Positions 58,500 through 64,000 of a stretch of 64,000 nt of DNA are shown in pieces. The first letter of the stretch is position 1. Each line of letters begins with the position of its first letter. Position numbers and translations under genes: made by a program. The DNA lies in assembly GCA_010909165.1 (NCBI GenBank), contig MU008195.1, positions 518,663 to 582,662 on the forward strand, written 5' to 3'. Under the pieces are notes generated by a model. It made no database searches. It was not told the DNA's origin and saw only the letters and a program-made list of their open reading frames with translations. The DNA is from Anthoceros angustus. Taxonomy: Eukaryota; Plantae; Anthocerotophyta.

Positions 58500-61400
58500 C
58501 GTCCTTCCTATTCTTCTACCTAGCATTTATGGCCCTTGACCATATCTAGTCTTCACCCCTGGGTAGGGACGTGTCCGTGGATTGGCTCCCTCGCCTCCTT
58601 TTGCTCTTGCCCTTCCTGCCTTTGTCCGCTTCCTAATGTGCAAGTACAATCTGCCCCTTCCTCCATCTCCGCGGGCGGCCCTGATTCCTCCGCCTCCATC
58701 GCGCTTCCCGCACCTAGGCGCCTTCCTCCATCTCCGCGCCTCGCGCTGTCGCACCCTACCGCGTAGTCCGGGCATCACTGACACCATGGTAGTCCGCCCC
58801 TAGCTCCTTCCTTCTTCCTTCTCCGCTCGTGAGGGTTTCTTGGGTCGATCTTCATTGCTCTTGCCTTGGATTTGTCCATACCTATCATAGAGCACCTTCA
58901 TCCCCATCCGCCCACCATGGATTTTCCGCCTAATCTCTCGGGCCCTTTTGCGTTGGACTCCTCCTCGGGTCCGGTTCCTCCCTTATCGTGGGATAAGGGA
59001 TTCCTCACCTTCCTCCTCGACGGTCGGACCCGCCCTTAGTTTCCTCCGGTGGGGTTGTCTCTCCACCACCCCAATGCTCCTTAGGGGTATCACGCACCCC
59101 GGCTTTCCATCTCGGCCTCCCCAACTCCCCAACAACGTGCTGCGCCTGCCACCCTAGTCCGCACCACCAGTGTGTTGTCCCCCACGGTAGTCCGCACTCT
59201 GGTAGGGGTCACCCACAGGTAGGGTGACCGCGAGGGCGGGCTCCCCCTTGCCTCCGCGCCGTCCCCGATCCTGGCGCGGCTCCTTCCTCCCGACTCCATT
59301 CCTGAGTCCATTTCACCGATGGCCTCATCAAAATCGGAGGCCTCCGCACTTGCTGCAGCTCCTTCATCATCATCATGAGGACCCAATGTCCTCCTCTGGC
59401 CAACCGTAAGACTTCGTTGTTGGCCTTCAAGATCTGTGGAGGTGAGCCCCAAGTTGTATGATATTGCATTTGGAGATCATCAACTCCGTGGCCACTCTCC
59501 ATCCACACCTACCCTTGTAGGCATCTGAGGTTAATTCTCCCACCTTCACATGGAGGGTTACATTCTCCTCCTCACTTCCTTTAGGTGGCCAATTTTGCTC
59601 AAGGGCATAGTCCGCCCAAAATCGCCGCTTCTCACTACTAAGATTCTGCACCACCTTCTTGTGGCGCTCCTCCCGAGACCTCCTTTGTTCCGCAATTCTG
59701 GGCAAGCCCTCCTTCTCCTTGCCAAGCCTTTCGCGCTCCACTGGTCTTGTGCTTCTCCCGCTCCTCTTCCAAATTGTACCGGGTCCTTCTCAACTCCTCT
59801 CCCATATCCGGATTTTGATAGCTTGAGTAGCCATCACTGCTCATGCCACTTTGAGTTGCTTCCTCCTTCCTAGTGCCTCCTTGCTTTTCCTCTCTTGCCT
59901 AATTGGGCAAAATGCTCTTCCGCCTTTTGCCTCCAAGAATCCTTTTGGGTTGTTGCCGAATGGCTCTTTCTTGACTTGTGACAACTTCCCTCCAGACCTT
60001 CTCCGCGCCATTTCCATGAGGTCGCTACTGGAGCTTCTCCTTTTTCCAATTGCCTTTTCATCGACTCCATGGCTCCAATTGCCACTTAGTCCCCGCCTTT
60101 CTCCGCCATGTCTTGAGATTTCACTTCCTCTTGGCATGCCCACAAGGAGGCTGCTAGGTCCCTAGCCCCTTCAAATCCACACGAGTGCTTCACAAGCTCC
60201 CAGAATTCTCCTAGGGGTCCTAATTCCACCCTCTGCCTTCTTGCCGGAAATTTCCAGCTCTCTGCACTCTCGGGCCACGCGGGCGCTGGTCCCTTCACTC
60301 GCTCCATCCGCCTCCCACCGGCGGAGATGGTGGCCGGCGCCGCGCACCTCGCTTTCTCCTTCCCTTCCCCGCCAGAGTCGCTTGCCCGGGCGCGAGGGTG
60401 CCCGCCTACCGTAGGGTGCTCCCACGTGGTAGTCCGCCTACCTACCATGGTAGTCGACCGCCTACCACGGTAGTGCCCACCCCTTGTAGACCGCCTCACC
60501 GGGTAGTCGGGTGCCTCTCGTAGGCACAAAGGAGATGGTGGGGACTCCCCACTGGGCCGTCACCCTCCCGGTGGTCCTTCTCTCATAGACCACCATTCGG
60601 CCTTCCTCGGCCGCTTCTTGCTCCTCCCTTGCTTGCCCCCGTGGGAAAGGATTCCCACTCCGCAACCTTGTTGCCTCCGATCTTCTCCTTGCTTCTAGCA
60701 TGCTTGTGGAGGTCGACCTCCCACCGTCCGCAATGCAAAAGGCAAAGGCCTTTCCAACCTCGGTGGAGGTGGATGACCTCAAAGGGATGCCATGCATCTT
60801 CAAGCTCCTTGCTTGTGAGGAGTCCCTCGGTTTCCCATAAATGCACCAAATAGGTGCTAAGGTAGTGGCCTTGGCCTTCCTCATCCAAATTTGGCTTGAG
60901 GAGCTTCTCGATGGTGTATGTAGGCCTCATACATGATAGTCCCCAATCCGCTTGGCTCCCATGGAAATCTTCCACAAAATTGGAGGAAGTTGGTGCTGAA
61001 ATAAGAAGTGCGTTGGTAATTTACCAACCCCAGCACAATCTTTGCGAAGAGCCTCCACTTGACTCCTTGATGCTCTCGGTCTTCCACCATTCTTGGCGTG
61101 GGCCTTCACTCCTCCATCCATCATGTCAAGGAACTCTGGGATGTCGAGAGGTGTCCTCTTCCTCCATTCGACCTTTCGAGAGAGCAATTCGAGCTCTCCT
61201 CCTCCGGTCTTCCATACACTGTCGAATGCTCCTTACGGTCCAGGATCCGTCGAGCATTCCTTTCCGTGCGGCAGGCGCCCGATTGATGGAGGTTGATGTA
61301 ACACTCCTCAATCAATTCCAAATTGGTGTAGGCCCATTGGCGGCCATACACCCATCCCAATTGGATGTTCTCCTCCTCCGCCCATAAAATCAACCAAATC

Positions 61401-61538
61401 TCGGGGTTGAGCTGCCCGCAAAGCAAGTGAATTGGGGCATCAAGCCCTCCTCGGCGGCGCAGCTCCACCTTCTTCCTTTCCTCCTCGCGAGGAAGAGCCT
61501 TTGCGGCTCCTTCCCTTGCCTTTTCCAGCTCGAGGCAT
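58500..61538 (-). pseudogene. Accessory ORF inside LTR B (plant-transposon-protein/env-like domain plus coiled coil), broken by many indels
   Basis: ATG at 61538 (MPRAGKGKGRSRKGSSSRGG), then ordered peptides WAYTNLELIEECYINL, KWRLFAKIVLGLVNYQRTSYFSTNFLQFC, SQADWGL, HYLSTYLVHLWETEG, RRTRYNLEEEREKHK, EQRRSREERHKKVVQNL across shifted frames. The 3' end is uncertain (59400-58500). Confidence 0.6.
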
Positions 61539-61780
61539 GGCTTCCTTTCCAAGTGCTTAAAGGAAGGAATTACTCAATGACTGTGCAAACTTCTCTTCCA
61601 AACACTTCTCCTTGGGGTAGCACACACTTCAGCACACGTTAGCCTCAATCTTTCGCTCCTCCCGTGTCCTTCTTCGGTGGTGCGCCACGATTCGAACGCC
61701 TTCCCGCCTTCAATTTCCACGCTCCGTGTGTTGCTTCCTGCGCTCGCTCCACACTTCCTCTCCGGGCCCGGGCGTGCTTC

Positions 61781-61955
61781 TCCTTCCCTTGCCTTTTCCA
61801 GCTCGAGGCATGGTGGCGCCTTCCTTCCTTCCCTTGCCTTTTCCAGCTCGAGGCATGGTGGCGCCTTCCTTCCCTTGCCTTTTCCAGCTCGAGGCATGGT
61901 GGCGCCTTCCTTCCCTTGCCTTTTCCAGCTCGAGGCATGGTGGCGCCTTCCTTCC
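61781..61955. repeat. 41-45-bp tandem repeat x4 in LTR B
   Basis: CCTTCCCTTGCCTTTTCCAGCTCGAGGCATGGTGGCGCCTT repeated; a fifth partial copy lies at ~61509-61540. Confidence 0.95.
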
Positions 61956-62480
61956 ACCCGCTCACGCCCAGCCGCTCTTGAAGGGAGAAGCCAAAGCGCA
62001 CTTTGCCTCCTTTGGATGCCACACGGCACAACCCTAGATTGGTTCATCATTCCAAAATCCTAATTCTATCTAAACTACCTATTTTCCTATCTCTATCCTA
62101 ATTAACCGCTTCTAATTACTATATATATTTATTCCCTATTGGTGAGCATATATAGTGGATATCCCCTCTATTCTAAATTTCCTTTTAGCGAGATTGTCCT
62201 ACCACGGTAGTGCCACCACTGCGTGGTGACCGCTCCTACTCACCTCTGGTGTGGCACACGGTAGTCCGCCACCTACCCTTTGACCGCCTTCGTCTGGGGT
62301 CGTTTCGACCCGTTCTTCTTCCGGGATATCCTCTTCGCCTTCCTAACAATATCCTACAACTCCAGCTTCAAGATTCTCGAAAATTTCTTGGCATGCTCCT
62401 CTTCAATCGTTCTAGCCAAAAAATCAAACTTGTTTGTCTTGGCTCTTTTGGGCTGGTTGCCCAAACTTTCGTTCCACATA

Positions 62481-62491
62481 CTCCCCACCTC
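62481..62491 (-). promoter_or_regulatory. Polypurine tract of element B
   Basis: GAGGTGGGGAG-TA-TGTGG on the minus strand. Confidence 0.8.
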
Positions 62492-62699
62492 ATCTGTTTG
62501 CGTCCTCGCAAACAACAGTACCAGGGTGGAGGTACTTCTTGACCTTCCACCCATTGACTCCGGTCGGCACACCCGCCCAAGACCCGAGTTGCAGATCCAT
62601 TCTCGTATCTGCGACCACCTCGTAAGGTCCCATCCATCTTAGCCTAAGCTTCCTGGAAAGTCTAGGTATCGACTATCATATAGAAGAACCAAATCCCGT

Positions 62700-63600
62700 C
62701 CACGATAGTCTCTGCTTCCTTAACTTCCCATCATGCCGATCTTTTACGAGTTCACGAATCCGGGTTTCTTCTAAAGCATCCTCCCTATGCTCCTCTGCTC
62801 TATGAATGATTCTAGTCTAGCTACGACTATCCTCTACCATCCGTTCATCCTCCATGATCCCGTAGGTAGGTACTTCAAATTCCACGGCATCACGGAGACA
62901 TACCATATGTTAGATAATAAGGGGTCTTCTTGGTGGTTACCTTCTCATGGTCTGTAGGCCCACAATGCCGAATGCAACTTAGCATCCCAATCATACATGT
63001 GTTACCTTGGTGAGGATTGTGCAGCAACCCATTCGTCTTCTCCGTCAATCCATTCGCTTTGGGGTTGTAGGGGTCGTCTTCGATGCCGAATGTTGAAGTA
63101 GGTGGTTAGGGACTCAACGACCGAGTTGAGGAAATGTGTCCCCGTGACCAACTCTAAAGGACATCCATCGTTATGATGTTCTCGAATAAAAATTTGGCCA
63201 CCGCAGCGTCATCCTTCCTCGTTGCTTGCCTCCACCATCTTTGTACAATCCGTAGCCACCAAAATGTCGCTTCCTCGTCCATTGCGTTGGTGGTTTGATT
63301 GGTCCCACAAATCGATTCCCCACTTCTCGAAGGTGCGGTGGTAAGATGTAGGTAAGAGGCCATTGTGTCGACAACGTAGGCCGCCCAACCTCCGACACGC
63401 ATCACACCTCCGAGTGAACTCCCACACATCCTTTTGCATCGTAGCCACCAACCCGCATTCAAAATCTTCTTAACGGTCACTGCACGAATAGTGTCCACGC
63501 CTCCTCCTCAGGCAGTGCAAGCCTCCTTAGCGAGACACCGTTGATCTTCTCGTCCGGCCCAAGCTTGTAAGGGGCGTTATGTGCTTCCCACCTATCCTTA
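62700..63600 (-). pseudogene. Ty3/gypsy integrase (frameshifted)
   Basis: KKILNAGWW, MQKDVWEFTRRCDAC (HHCC finger), FEKWGID..GP, ILVATD, VAKFLFENIIT, VTGTHFLN-like, DWDAKLH-like peptides. Integrase lies last before the PPT, which is gypsy order. Confidence 0.88.
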
Positions 63601-64000
63601 TCAGAAACTTGATTTGCACAGCTGTGGCTGGTCGGATTCGGCAAAGTCGACCAAATGAACCACACTCGGACCACCCGTCTTATAAACCTCGTGCTAAGGA
63701 TTGGCCTTGATTCGCACTAATGAATGAGCATACTTCCTCCTTAATCTACCTTCCAAGGCGATATACATCTGCCAAAAATTAACCCAGTGCACTTTCAAAC
63801 ATGAAGCGTATACGGTCTGGTTAGGTTCTTTTAGGGTTACTAACCGTCATGTTGCTTTGGAATGTGCGGACGATTAGTGAGCCTATCGAGCAATGAAGAC
63901 ACGAAAGATGCAAGAGACGTTAGAATTGTGCGCCCCTTGAGATCTAGAGGAAAAGTCATGGCCCAAGCTAATGGCAAGTGGCGCTCCGTGTCTCGCTCGC

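Larger units (their letters stand above)
57377..62478 (-). mobile_element. Putative 5.1-kb 3' LTR of a Ty3/gypsy (Tat/Athila/Ogre-like) element B
   Basis: On the minus strand it begins TGTGG (62478) 2 nt after a PPT and ends CCACA (57377), exactly where homology to LTR A stops. TATAAG at 58327-58322. Confidence 0.7.

Noticed and set aside
61574-62063. Long ORFs on both strands over the LTR tandem repeat
   Set aside because: They are products of the 41-45-bp repeat lacking stop codons and cycle through all frames.

Overview
Nuclear DNA of a land plant; the style of the PPR gene suggests a fern or lycophyte (inference). The window has three zones. (1) 1-19.6 kb is a compact gene island: a two-exon GH17 beta-1,3-glucanase-like gene lacking its catalytic nucleophile, a broken TPR-SET (ATXR1/SDG35-like) gene, tRNA-Lys(CTT), PPR debris, an intronless divergent CIPK, and a PLS-E+ PPR gene head-to-head with an intronless Tic22-like gene. 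(2) 19.6-56.5 kb is a head-to-tail array of a ~4.1-kb unit (about 7 copies). The unit is full of sub-repeats and carries minus-strand ORF remnants, including an F-box-like ORF. One Ty1/copia element (225-bp LTRs, tRNA-Met PBS) is inserted in it. Pieces of that copia are scattered through the array at junctions sharing almost exactly 9 bp, which points to a consensus/assembly artefact. Copy-to-copy indels cluster at CG/CHG sites, so most frameshifts here may be sequencing errors. (3) 56.5-64 kb is a Ty3/gypsy nest: a partial LTR interrupted by a related, inverted element whose apparent 5.1-kb 3' LTR contains a long ORF, followed by PPT and integrase. Strongest leads: the ORF-bearing giant LTR, the coding 4.1-kb macrosatellite, the GH17 pseudo-enzyme and a 22-bp-phased motif array beside the tRNA gene. 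All family assignments come from motif recognition and memory; no searches were run.
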